From Candidatus Omnitrophota bacterium (GTDB taxonomy: Bacteria; Omnitrophota; Gorgyraeia; Zapsychrales; Fredricksoniimonadaceae), in contig JBGAJA010000001.1 in assembly GCA_044225175.1 (NCBI GenBank), forward strand, positions 70,994 through 134,993: a DNA stretch of 64,000 nt. The letters are read 5' to 3'. A model generated the notes under the pieces. The model made no database searches. It saw nothing but the letters and a program-made list of their open reading frames with translations, and was not told the DNA's origin. Position numbers and translations under genes: made by a program. Of the stretch, positions 21,523-31,145 are shown in pieces. The first letter of the stretch is position 1. Every line of letters begins with the position of its first letter.

Positions 21523-21945
21523 ATGAGCTTAAATAGTGTGAATATTATGGGGAACTTAACAAGAGATCCGGAGATCAGATTTACACCAGCGGGAAAAGGA
21601 GTTTGCAGCCTGTCTATTGCTAATAACCGTGTCTATACAAAGAATAATGAGAAAGTAACAGAAGTCTCCTATTTTGATGTCGAAGTCTGGGGACCCACGG
21701 CGGATAATTGTGTAAAATATTTGAAAAAGGGAAGTGGCATTATTGTCGAAGGTCGTCTGAAACAAGATCGTTGGGAAAAAGACGGCAAGACACAAAGCAG
21801 GGTCAGAATCACAGCCAATAGCATTCATTTTATGCCTAAACGTGCAGATGAGGGTTCAGGTCAGTATGCCAGATCTGAAGCTGGACAATCAAGCCCATCT
21901 AATGAAGAGACGATTAATCCTGAAGATATAGCTTGGCAGGAATAG
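21523..21945 (+). CDS. ssb: Single-stranded DNA-binding protein
   Basis: MSLNSVNIMGNLTRDPEIRFTPAGKGVCSLSIA…YFDVEVWG OB-fold SSB core; the C-terminus ends …NPEDIAWQE rather than the canonical DDDIPF. Confidence 0.85.
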   Translation: MSLNSVNIMGNLTRDPEIRFTPAGKGVCSLSIANNRVYTKNNEKVTEVSYFDVEVWGPTADNCVKYLKKGSGIIVEGRLKQDRWEKDGKTQSRVRITANSIHFMPKRADEGSGQYARSEAGQSSPSNEETINPEDIAWQE

Positions 21946-21949
21946 TTTA

Positions 21950-22330
21950 ATGAGCCTTTCACAGAAGATTTGTCAATTATGGCTCCCGGTTTTTGTTTGG
22001 GCTGGCCTTATCTTTTTTCTTTCCAACATTCCTAACTTAAAGTCAGGTTTAGACGAAGATTTTATACTTAGAAAGTTCGCCCACGTTCTTGAGTATCTTA
22101 TTTTGACCTTTCTTTTATGGCGTGCATTTAAGAATTCGTTCTCCTTAAATCAAGTTTCCCTTATGGTATATCCGGCACTGATTTCTGTGCTATATGCAGC
22201 CAGCGATGAGTTTCATCAAACATTTGTTCAAGGAAGACATGGTTGTTTGAATGATGTTTTGATTGATAGCATAGGTATTTTTGGCCTTTTTCTGGCCTTA
22301 AAATTGATTCCCCGCCACTCCCAAGTGTGA
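21950..22330 (+). CDS. VanZ-like small membrane protein
   Basis: 126 aa, 3-4 TM segments with a FAHVLEYLILTF motif resembling the VanZ family. Confidence 0.5.
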   Translation: MSLSQKICQLWLPVFVWAGLIFFLSNIPNLKSGLDEDFILRKFAHVLEYLILTFLLWRAFKNSFSLNQVSLMVYPALISVLYAASDEFHQTFVQGRHGCLNDVLIDSIGIFGLFLALKLIPRHSQV

Positions 22331-22380
22331 GTTTCTCAAAATTTGCACTATATAAATATATAGTCTATACTTCCACCATC

Positions 22381-25300
22381 ATGAAAAGAGTTATCTCAGT
22401 ACTTACTTTGGCGTGTTTCTTTGCCACAGGACAGATAGGAATTTGTCCGGTTTCTGCCCAAGAAACATTTGTGCTTCCCAAGTCTGGAGAGTTTGTCCCT
22501 TTAAGCTCTAATTTTAATCCTATTGTCATGCGAGGACTTCGCATCGATCCTAAAAATCCATTTCGTTTCAGCTTCTTGGTTGATGAAGGCGATTCCAAAT
22601 TTAAAGAAAAAGATTTCAAAGAGGAAGCCCAAAAGGTCATCAAGTATTTTTTGACATCTCTGACCATCCCCGATGATGATTTATGGGTCAATTTGTCCCC
22701 CTATGAGAAAAACCGCATTATTCCTACAGAGTTTGGAAAGACCGAAATGGGCCGGGACCTTTTAGCCCAAGACTATATCCTCAAACAAATCACCGCTTCA
22801 CTCATTTATCCTGAAAAAGAGTTAGGTAAGACGTTCTGGAACAAGGTTTATAAACTAGCTAAAGAAAAATATGGCTCAGCAAATATCCCGATCAACACTT
22901 TTAATAAAGTCTGGATTGTTCCTAATCAGGCAACAGTTTATGAGCATAAGGGTACGGCTTTTGTAATGAATTATCATTTGAAGGTAATGCTGGAGGAGGA
23001 TTATTTGGCATTGAATAAACATTCTGGTGTCATTGCGAGCGAAGCGAAGCAATCTTTTAAAAAGATTGCCGCGTCGCCTTCAGTTCCTCGCAATGACACG
23101 CATAGTGTTGCCTTTCAAATCATCCGAGATATTATCCTCCCCGAACTCGAAAAAGAAGTCAACGCTGGCAAAAATTTCGCCCCCTTACATCAGATATTCT
23201 ATTCATTGATTTTGGCGACTTGGTATAAGACAAAGGTCAAACAAGATCTTTTAAATCAGGTTTATGCGGATAAGAAGAAAATTGAGGGAATTAAATACTC
23301 AACGCCAACCAGGAGACATGTTCGAAACAAGAACAACAGGAACGTGTCCCCAGGCAGCCTGCCAAGCAAAACAGGGTTGAATATGGAAGCGACCCAGAGG
23401 AACGAACCATTTGATGTTGAAACCATCTACCAACAATACCTCCAAGCCTTCAAAAAAGGTGTTTATAACTATATCAAAGATGAAATCGACCCTCTGACAC
23501 AACAGATTGTTCCCAGGAAGTACTTCTCGGGTGGGGTTGTTGGTCATGTTGCTCCTAAATCCATTCAAACGGTCGGAGCTGAGGCTCTTAAACCTGATGT
23601 TTTATCAAAGTTTCATTTAAGAAACGTTTCAGGAGATATGGCATTAATTAGCCAAAACTCATCACAAGATAATGACTTTGCTGGGGGATTAATGGGACGG
23701 TGGAAATATGAAAAAGCCATATTAAATCAGCAAAAGGGAACGTTGGTGTTACACAATGCAGTTAGGATCCCTCGTAAAGATGGCATTATTGAACCTGAAT
23801 TTTTTATTAATGGGGAGAATAAACCTCGGGACATTATTTTGAAAATACGAAAACTAAGGTCGAATGAAAGTCATATGCTTTTTAAAGCGTTATGGAGGCC
23901 AGAGGGGATCCCTCACAATGATTACAAATATAGAGAACTAACTCAGACTCTTGTTCGAGACGAATCAGCGATCAAGCATCGTATTTATGGGGCAGCAGTT
24001 GATGGTATTCCTTTTATTCGTGAAGATATTTTTTTACAGGGTAACAAAGAACAAATTCGAGAAGCTTTTGAACATGAGGTGATGGAGCTAGCAGGCTTAT
24101 CTCATGATGCCATACGACAGGCACAATATGCGGGAAATTTACGGCTATTAATCCGTGATTTATCTAGTCGAGACAAGAAAGATATTTTATCCTACTCTGC
24201 TGATGCCAATCGTAATGTGCTGCTTAAGCAATATTTTTCCACTAGGAGAGAGACTCTATTCTTGAGCCGACAGAATAAGGCTACAGCCACATTTACTACA
24301 ATTACTCCTGAATTTCGTTCAGATTCAAAGCCCAATGCTTTATACGATGGAGGACTTGGACGTTTTGGGCGGTTGATGAAAGAATTAGAAGAAAGTGATT
24401 TTATTCATATTAAGACAATCAAGGTCGTGACATCTTCTCAATTTACTCATTTACAAAGTTTATCTTTTTCCGTCAATGGTAAAGAAGTTTATATGTATTT
24501 TGAAGATCCAGAAACTTTGGTTCTCACACAAGGATTGTGGGATCAAATCAAAGAAGGAACAGAGCCAAATTTATATTTTGAAATGGCCAAAGCGCTTATT
24601 TTATTAGCTTGGGCTGGATTTCAGGGGGACTCAGTCGAAGGTTTTGCAGAAGAAATAGGTTCTGAAGAGAGTATGGTGATTTATGATTCGGACAATCAAA
24701 AAGAACAGACTAAGTTAGAAACGTTCTTTTATCTTGACCACATTAAACGTACCAAAGGACCCCTCAACGATACAGCGATTCGTTATTTAGGTTATCTTTT
24801 ATATATGTATGGTTTTGATGGTGGTCGGATGAGTATATTTTCTCCCGAAACTTTAGCAGAAGTATTAGTTAAACAGATCCAACAGATTTATGGAAGTGAA
24901 GTTAGCCTAGAGCATGCCAGGGAAGTTATAAAGTCCGATCAGTTTGACCAACATTTTTATTATAAGAGTATAGAGGATTATAAATCTAAAGAAGTCCAAG
25001 GCGACCCCGGGAGTCAAGAGCAGCTTCATGAGATTTTAAGTATTTTTGAAGATCCTTCTATCCAAGAACGCCTAACCTATGAATTAAAGCATTTTGATAC
25101 GATTTATCCAGGACAAAGATGGCGTATATCAATGATTGAGGACATACGTGGTATGGGTATGTCTGCGAATATGGGAACAAAATTGGTTTTGGATTATCCC
25201 TTGGCAGAAACTGGACATAGACCGCGTCTTTATGTGCTGCCTCCAGAAGGTGGAAAGCCCATTTATGGTCACGATTTTAAAGAATTACCTTCTTACGAAC

Positions 25301-28300
25301 TAGAAGTTAAAGGTGAGTTAGGTGAAAGAAAATCTCTTGGCAATGATTTCATGGTTATTGATGGTCAAACAAGAATGCCATTGAAATTATTTTTGGAAGA
25401 ACGTTTAGATGTTGATCTTAAACGAAGCCAGTATATGTTTGATAATTTATTTATTGTTGAAAATGGTGGAGAAATAGCTCGAAATATAAGAACAGGACAT
25501 CTAGAAATTTATTTTATTGGCAATGAAAAGAATTCCAGTGTGAATTTTGAAACAGGTATTATCAATGGTGCTAACATTGCGAGAGAAGAAGAGGAAGAGC
25601 AGGATGAGAAGGAGTCGTGGCAGCAAACATTTAATCCTTTATATGCCCCAACCGATGATCCTGATATTGAATTAGCTTTGAGGTATCATTTCCATCCGAC
25701 AAAATATAAGCCCATTATTTCTTCAGGTGATATTGATTCTAAGATTAATGAAATCTATAGAACAAACCATCAAAGCTCATCTCTGCCTGAACTCATTATC
25801 AATTTTAATCAAGAAGGACGCCTTTATTTGCCAAGGGCCAATATTAATTGGAGAAGAGCTCTCAAAGTTTTGAAGCAAATTACTAAACATCATGGCTGGG
25901 AAGATACCAGATATTTTAATGATGATGGACAAGCTGAACGTTGGGAGCGTCAAAGTTTAGAGTTTGAGAAAGAAGTGGCAAGGTTTTTTGATATTGTATC
26001 TCTGAAATTTAATGATGATGGTAGTGTGAAAGAATGGAAAATGCTTGAGAAAGCAGATTCTGCCATGGGAGCTCATGAGTCGGATCAGCCGATTATTCGT
26101 GATGGTGTGGACCAGCGTGCTTATCTAGAACAAGTACTGGGCTCTTTGCCTGGACCAAAACCGACTGTTGTGATGGCAGATGAAAAAAATAATCAACCTA
26201 TAGATCCTCAACCTTACAGGGGTGGAGGAGTATTCCAAAGAGAATTTAATACCATGCTTAATTCCCAGGATATTTTTGTTCTCTATGGTTATTGGGAATC
26301 GATTAAAAGAGTAGCGCAAGCTTTTGGAGAAACAGAGGAGAAATATCGTCAAAAGGAAAATATTAAGATTGTTTTAAATGGCCAGGGGCTGGTAGGTGTG
26401 TGGAACGTTCCAGAAGGAGTTAATGCTGTCATTCAAGAAATATTCTTAACAAAAAGTTTAACTGTGCCTGTTTTAGCCAATATTGTTCCATTGACAAGTA
26501 TCATTGATTTTTATCGTCAAAATAATCCTTTTGCCAAAGAAATATTAACAACATATATCGATAGTCTTCTTTCTCATAGTGCTGAACCTATTTTATCTTA
26601 TCCGATATTTCAATCTATTATAGATCACCTTATGAAACGTCATGACGAAGGGGAGACTCGAAAGAAAAATGCCAAAAAAAGAAGTGATCCGAATGAGTAT
26701 AAAATAGATCAAGAAAATCGAGAATTTGAAACGATTATAACTCGAGTATTGAGATTATTGACACCCGAGACTTTGAGGGGCTATTTACGTCAGTTTGTGA
26801 TTGATCGTCATTTAGATAGCGGTAGTATTAGAGAATATTTTCCAGTTATTTTGCAAGATCATAATGAAGAAAGAAAAGTCCAAGATATGTTGTGGGACAT
26901 TTATCTCGATGCGCGTAATAATCCTCAACAGAACATATTATTTGCCAAAACACTCATCCATCATCTGAGTTCAAGTGTAGGAAATTCTCAAGCCGTGGGA
27001 TGGATTTATCGTATTTTGTCAGAGGGCAATTTAGAGCATTCCCACAAAGCCATTCGTATTTTATTAGGAATGAACATTAATAAAGATGACCAAAGACAAT
27101 TGTTTTATCTGATAAAAACTACCAGCCCTTATCAAGATATTCTAGCTGCATATACCTTGGCCCACGTTAAAATATTTGGTATGGAGACTCAAACAACCCG
27201 AGGAGGTTCGAGTAATTTCGAACGTGATGGTCTCATGTCTCTTCAATCGGAGGAAACGCGTAATATGTATTACTATCTTATGAATATCGATGCGATCTTA
27301 AAGAAAGGAGGGGTCGCTGATCGTGATGTCGACCATAGGATTTTTCAATATGCAGCAGCACTTGATGAATATGCCGAATATCCAGGTCAGTTTGGTCATA
27401 CATGGTTTTCTAATTTACGACAGAAAATTCATAGGGCAGTTAATCGCAATGATCTGTATCGTATTGAAGGAATTCTGCGTTTTTGGCAGAATCTTGACCC
27501 GCAAGTTTTTGCCAGGATCTCAGAAAAAAGGAAGTTTCCATGGGAGACATCTACAGAAATTGCCAAAGATTTCGATAAAGATGATTACTCTAGGATCTTG
27601 AACAATCTATTGGCTTCTCTTATTCATCAAGGTGACATTAATCCTGGTTTAGATATGATTGAACAGCTTACGCATCTTGAGAAAAATTATGTCATAGAAA
27701 AATTAAAAGAGGCAAATTTAAAAGAAGATAATATTAGGGTTGAGAAAGTCGAACATATGTTGAATTTATATTTTGCATTGAGTCAAAAATTTACAACCAA
27801 TATTCCCAGCATTATTCAGGGAATTAATGACCTGCAGGAGAGCAAAGCAAATTACCTTGGATTTTGTCGTCAAGAGTATAGTGCTTTAAAGAGAGCTTTG
27901 AAAGGTCAGGATGAGCAAGTGGTTCTTGAAGCGGTCGTCAACTTACGGTTGGCCATTAGAAATGATTACTTAACTCATCCTATGCCAAACGAAGATGATC
28001 GAGAAAGCCGTGACAATGAATCTTATAGAAGAGAGAAGCTTGGTCAATTGGACCATGATTTGCATATTTTGGGTCGTTATTATTTAAATAATGTGTTTAG
28101 TCAAACTATTCAACATGTGCTTACCCTGGATGACATTCGATCTAACACGAGTGTTTTAATTTCTGTAGCTAAGTTCATCCAATCTGAAGGATTAGGAGGA
28201 GTAGATTTAGAACAATTTATAGAACAAATGCAGGAAGGTAATCTGAGTCATTCCCAATGGCATGATCTCATTCGTGCTTTACAGACACAAGTTTTAAAAA

Positions 28301-30381
28301 TAGTTCAACAGATCGATAAAAACATACGTTTTGTCACCCCACATATGCTGCAAGCAGAAAATTCTTTGGATATTCGTTGGCAAGGTCTTTCGAAATTTGA
28401 AAAAATCCCTACAGGACATGGGTGGGACAGAGAAGTTTTGACTGAGCAGAGTAAAAAAGACATAGAAAATGCTTTGGTCGATGAATTAATTCGAGAAGCT
28501 GGATTGGATGTTTTTAAAGCCTCTTTAACTCAATTTGATCAAATTCTTGAAAATCAGCCTGCTGAGCAAGAATCCGCACAGCCTTTACCCGTAGATACTA
28601 CTACTCCTCATGCTTTAGATCGTTACTTCTTACATTTTGGGCAAGGTAATATATCTTCCACGCAGAGACTTCTTCTATCTTTATGGAGCAAAAAAGGCTT
28701 GAATTTGGTCCGTATGAGTCAAAGAGGCATTGCTGTTCCTCCTGGCGTTGTTGTGAGTTCAGAGCTCATGACCCGTCCTGATATTATTCATTCCGAGCCT
28801 TTTAAGAAGAAGGTCATGACTGAGATAGACGAGCTACGCAAGCATTCGAAATATCCGGATTTGAAATTACTTTTATATGCCCGTAGTGGTTCTGCATTTA
28901 TGTTGCCTGGGCTCTTGAGTACTATTGCCAATATTGGGATGAATGACAAAGAAGCTAGTGAATTAGAAGCAAGCACAAAAGACACTTGGTTTGCCTATGA
29001 CACTTATGCCTCTTTTATCCGTTCTTTTGGAATGTATGTGTTTGGGATTGAGGAGAAGTTCTTCCAAGAAGTCTTTAATATGTACACCAAGGACAAGGTC
29101 TCTGGAGAACGAATGAAGCAGGTGGTTGAACAATACAAGGAAGTCATTGGTAAGCATGGGGGCGGTAAACAAATACCTGAAACTATGATTGATCAAGTCA
29201 TTATGGCTATGGAAGCTGTCTACGCTTCCTGGGATTCACCCAATGCCAAAGAATACCGTCAAAGGCATCGTATCTCTCAATCATGGGGCACAGTTGTCAT
29301 TCTCCAAAAAGGTGTATTTGGTAATATTCAAAAGACGCATGATGGAAAGATTTCAGGAGCTGGAAGTGCCAGTTTAATGACAGCGCCAGATGGACAGCCA
29401 ATCATTCAAGGGGAGTTTCGATATCAAGCTCAAGGAGACCAAATCATGAGCGGGGCTGATCAAAATACTGTTTCTTTAAACCAAAGAGAATCATCTCTCC
29501 AAAATGGGCAAACATTTGAACAGCTTAATCCAGAGCTTTATAAGAAAGTCCTTCAAGAAGCCCTACGGTTAAAACAAATCTTTGGCCATGACCAATTGAT
29601 TGAATTTGTCATTGAGCGGGGGGATGTTTGGATCACGCAAAGCAATGATGACTTTATGAGAGAAGACTTTCCTGAATTTGCTGAGCAAACGACAAATGGG
29701 CCTATTGTTCGCGGCAAAGGATTAAGCGGGGGCGCTGTTCGTGGATGGGCTGCTCATACAGTGGAAAAAGCCACGGAATTAATGGCCCGATATCAGCATT
29801 TGAAACAAACGAGCCCTCAAGAAGTTAAAGATGTGGATGGTGTGATTTTACTTCTAGATCGCATTAATCCTGAAATGATCAGCCAAATCCCAAAAGGGGT
29901 TCATATTCTAGCCAAAAAGCTTTCCGTCCATGCTGTATCATTGGCCCAAGAGTCAGGTATTAGTGTTGTAGCTGAAGTTCCAGATGACAAAATGATTTTT
30001 GATATCGCAAAGAAAGAATGGGTCATTGCAGGGCGCTTTATATCTGATGGCCAGGTCTTGAGTATGGATGGCCACAGAAATCAACTTGCCTATCATCAAA
30101 GCGGAAATATTTATTTGGGAAGTGTTCCTATTGCTAAAGAAGAAGAGGTAAATCAAGCTTCTACTGATGATCACGCCATGAATAGTCAACAAACACCTGG
30201 CGGTATCGATTTAACCTCTAAAAGGTATAAGATTCTCATCAAGAGCGATGGTCAGGAGATAGCAATGGATTTTAATCCCGCCATGATCCATGATTTAAAT
30301 TTCGACGGCCTAGAGTTCCACATTAACCACATACAACCCATACCAAATCCCCGAGAATTTTTGCTAGAAATCTCTAAATAA
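22381..30381 (+). CDS. Giant secreted multidomain protein (~2,666 aa) with C-terminal PPDK-type ATP-grasp and PEP-utilising phosphohistidine (swivel) domains
   Basis: The ORF opens at 22327; the likely start is ATG 22381, followed by the signal peptide MKRVISVLTLACFFATGQIGICPVSAQE. The C-terminal ~650 aa show motif-level matches to the PPDK N-terminal nucleotide-binding domain (GIAVPPGVVV; ARSGSAFMLPGLLSTIANIGMND…FAYDTYASFIRSFG; TVVILQKGVFGN…GAGSA) and to the His-swivel domain (LSVHAVSLAQESGISVV; His codon 29929-29931). Confidence 0.8.
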   Translation: MKRVISVLTLACFFATGQIGICPVSAQETFVLPKSGEFVPLSSNFNPIVMRGLRIDPKNPFRFSFLVDEGDSKFKEKDFKEEAQKVIKYFLTSLTIPDDDLWVNLSPYEKNRIIPTEFGKTEMGRDLLAQDYILKQITASLIYPEKELGKTFWNKVYKLAKEKYGSANIPINTFNKVWIVPNQATVYEHKGTAFVMNYHLKVMLEEDYLALNKHSGVIASEAKQSFKKIAASPSVPRNDTHSVAFQIIRDIILPELEKEVNAGKNFAPLHQIFYSLILATWYKTKVKQDLLNQVYADKKKIEGIKYSTPTRRHVRNKNNRNVSPGSLPSKTGLNMEATQRNEPFDVETIYQQYLQAFKKGVYNYIKDEIDPLTQQIVPRKYFSGGVVGHVAPKSIQTVGAEALKPDVLSKFHLRNVSGDMALISQNSSQDNDFAGGLMGRWKYEKAILNQQKGTLVLHNAVRIPRKDGIIEPEFFINGENKPRDIILKIRKLRSNESHMLFKALWRPEGIPHNDYKYRELTQTLVRDESAIKHRIYGAAVDGIPFIREDIFLQGNKEQIREAFEHEVMELAGLSHDAIRQAQYAGNLRLLIRDLSSRDKKDILSYSADANRNVLLKQYFSTRRETLFLSRQNKATATFTTITPEFRSDSKPNALYDGGLGRFGRLMKELEESDFIHIKTIKVVTSSQFTHLQSLSFSVNGKEVYMYFEDPETLVLTQGLWDQIKEGTEPNLYFEMAKALILLAWAGFQGDSVEGFAEEIGSEESMVIYDSDNQKEQTKLETFFYLDHIKRTKGPLNDTAIRYLGYLLYMYGFDGGRMSIFSPETLAEVLVKQIQQIYGSEVSLEHAREVIKSDQFDQHFYYKSIEDYKSKEVQGDPGSQEQLHEILSIFEDPSIQERLTYELKHFDTIYPGQRWRISMIEDIRGMGMSANMGTKLVLDYPLAETGHRPRLYVLPPEGGKPIYGHDFKELPSYELEVKGELGERKSLGNDFMVIDGQTRMPLKLFLEERLDVDLKRSQYMFDNLFIVENGGEIARNIRTGHLEIYFIGNEKNSSVNFETGIINGANIAREEEEEQDEKESWQQTFNPLYAPTDDPDIELALRYHFHPTKYKPIISSGDIDSKINEIYRTNHQSSSLPELIINFNQEGRLYLPRANINWRRALKVLKQITKHHGWEDTRYFNDDGQAERWERQSLEFEKEVARFFDIVSLKFNDDGSVKEWKMLEKADSAMGAHESDQPIIRDGVDQRAYLEQVLGSLPGPKPTVVMADEKNNQPIDPQPYRGGGVFQREFNTMLNSQDIFVLYGYWESIKRVAQAFGETEEKYRQKENIKIVLNGQGLVGVWNVPEGVNAVIQEIFLTKSLTVPVLANIVPLTSIIDFYRQNNPFAKEILTTYIDSLLSHSAEPILSYPIFQSIIDHLMKRHDEGETRKKNAKKRSDPNEYKIDQENREFETIITRVLRLLTPETLRGYLRQFVIDRHLDSGSIREYFPVILQDHNEERKVQDMLWDIYLDARNNPQQNILFAKTLIHHLSSSVGNSQAVGWIYRILSEGNLEHSHKAIRILLGMNINKDDQRQLFYLIKTTSPYQDILAAYTLAHVKIFGMETQTTRGGSSNFERDGLMSLQSEETRNMYYYLMNIDAILKKGGVADRDVDHRIFQYAAALDEYAEYPGQFGHTWFSNLRQKIHRAVNRNDLYRIEGILRFWQNLDPQVFARISEKRKFPWETSTEIAKDFDKDDYSRILNNLLASLIHQGDINPGLDMIEQLTHLEKNYVIEKLKEANLKEDNIRVEKVEHMLNLYFALSQKFTTNIPSIIQGINDLQESKANYLGFCRQEYSALKRALKGQDEQVVLEAVVNLRLAIRNDYLTHPMPNEDDRESRDNESYRREKLGQLDHDLHILGRYYLNNVFSQTIQHVLTLDDIRSNTSVLISVAKFIQSEGLGGVDLEQFIEQMQEGNLSHSQWHDLIRALQTQVLKIVQQIDKNIRFVTPHMLQAENSLDIRWQGLSKFEKIPTGHGWDREVLTEQSKKDIENALVDELIREAGLDVFKASLTQFDQILENQPAEQESAQPLPVDTTTPHALDRYFLHFGQGNISSTQRLLLSLWSKKGLNLVRMSQRGIAVPPGVVVSSELMTRPDIIHSEPFKKKVMTEIDELRKHSKYPDLKLLLYARSGSAFMLPGLLSTIANIGMNDKEASELEASTKDTWFAYDTYASFIRSFGMYVFGIEEKFFQEVFNMYTKDKVSGERMKQVVEQYKEVIGKHGGGKQIPETMIDQVIMAMEAVYASWDSPNAKEYRQRHRISQSWGTVVILQKGVFGNIQKTHDGKISGAGSASLMTAPDGQPIIQGEFRYQAQGDQIMSGADQNTVSLNQRESSLQNGQTFEQLNPELYKKVLQEALRLKQIFGHDQLIEFVIERGDVWITQSNDDFMREDFPEFAEQTTNGPIVRGKGLSGGAVRGWAAHTVEKATELMARYQHLKQTSPQEVKDVDGVILLLDRINPEMISQIPKGVHILAKKLSVHAVSLAQESGISVVAEVPDDKMIFDIAKKEWVIAGRFISDGQVLSMDGHRNQLAYHQSGNIYLGSVPIAKEEEVNQASTDDHAMNSQQTPGGIDLTSKRYKILIKSDGQEIAMDFNPAMIHDLNFDGLEFHINHIQPIPNPREFLLEISK
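23027..23099. repeat. Palindromic mini-element copy A (GTGTCATTGCGAG…CTCGCAATGACAC), embedded in frame within the giant ORF
   Basis: Imperfect hairpin with the same termini as copies B and C; translated in the host frame as …GVIASEAKQSFKKIAASPSVPRNDTH…. Confidence 0.7.
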
Positions 30382-30428
30382 AGGTCTGAGCTTCGAAAGT
30401 TGACGCTCGTTACCTTTTATGTTACTTT

Positions 30429-31145
30429 ATGACCCTTATGGTTAAAGAAAATGTGTTAAAAGTTCTCTCGCAGCTTCAGGATGCTTGTCGTGAAGCTGGA
30501 CGAAATCCTCAAGAAGTGACACTTGTTGCAGTCACGAAATATGCTCCTTTAGAGGCTATCCAGGATTCCATTGATGCGGGTATTTTGAATATCGCTGAAA
30601 ATAGAGTCCAGGAAGCTGAAAAAAAATTTCCACTTCTATTAGCCAAAAATCCTCAAGTACGTTCCCATATCATTGGACATTTACAGACAAATAAGGCCAA
30701 AGATGCCATCAAAGTCTGTTCTTTGATCCAATCTGTAGACAGTTTGAAGCTAGCCCAAGAAATTGAAAAGCAAGCTGCTAAACTTAATCAAGTTACCGAA
30801 ATATTAGTTCAATTCAATACCGCCCGTGAAGAACAGAAGTTTGGGGCCCAATCAGAGGAAGCGGCTGCTTTGATTGAAGCGATTTCCAAATTAGAACATG
30901 TAGCCATTAAAGGATTCATGGGAATGGCCCCTTTTACTGAAGACCAGGGGATTATCCGTAAGACATTCGCGGATTTGCGTGCGATTCGTGACAAAATTCA
31001 TTCACAGTTCTCAGGTCATCCTCGAATCGATACGCGAATTTTGTCGATGGGGATGAGTGGAGACTACAAAATAGCTATTCAAGAAGGTTCAACCATGATT
31101 CGAGTGGGGAGCGCCATCTTTAAAGAGGTCATGCAAAATGCTTAA
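30429..31145 (+). CDS. yggS: YggS-family PLP homeostasis protein
   Basis: VAVTKYAP…HIIGHLQTNKAK…SMGMSGDYKIAIQEGSTMIRVGSAIF: canonical YggS/PROSC motifs. Confidence 0.85.
   Translation: MTLMVKENVLKVLSQLQDACREAGRNPQEVTLVAVTKYAPLEAIQDSIDAGILNIAENRVQEAEKKFPLLLAKNPQVRSHIIGHLQTNKAKDAIKVCSLIQSVDSLKLAQEIEKQAAKLNQVTEILVQFNTAREEQKFGAQSEEAAALIEAISKLEHVAIKGFMGMAPFTEDQGIIRKTFADLRAIRDKIHSQFSGHPRIDTRILSMGMSGDYKIAIQEGSTMIRVGSAIFKEVMQNA

Noticed and set aside
23027-23209. 60-aa ORF MSLRAKRSNLLKRLPRRLQFLAMTRIV… on the + strand inside the giant gene
   Set aside because: It begins exactly at the palindromic mini-element and is an alternative-frame read of the repeat. It lies entirely within the long conserved-frame giant ORF, so it is spurious.
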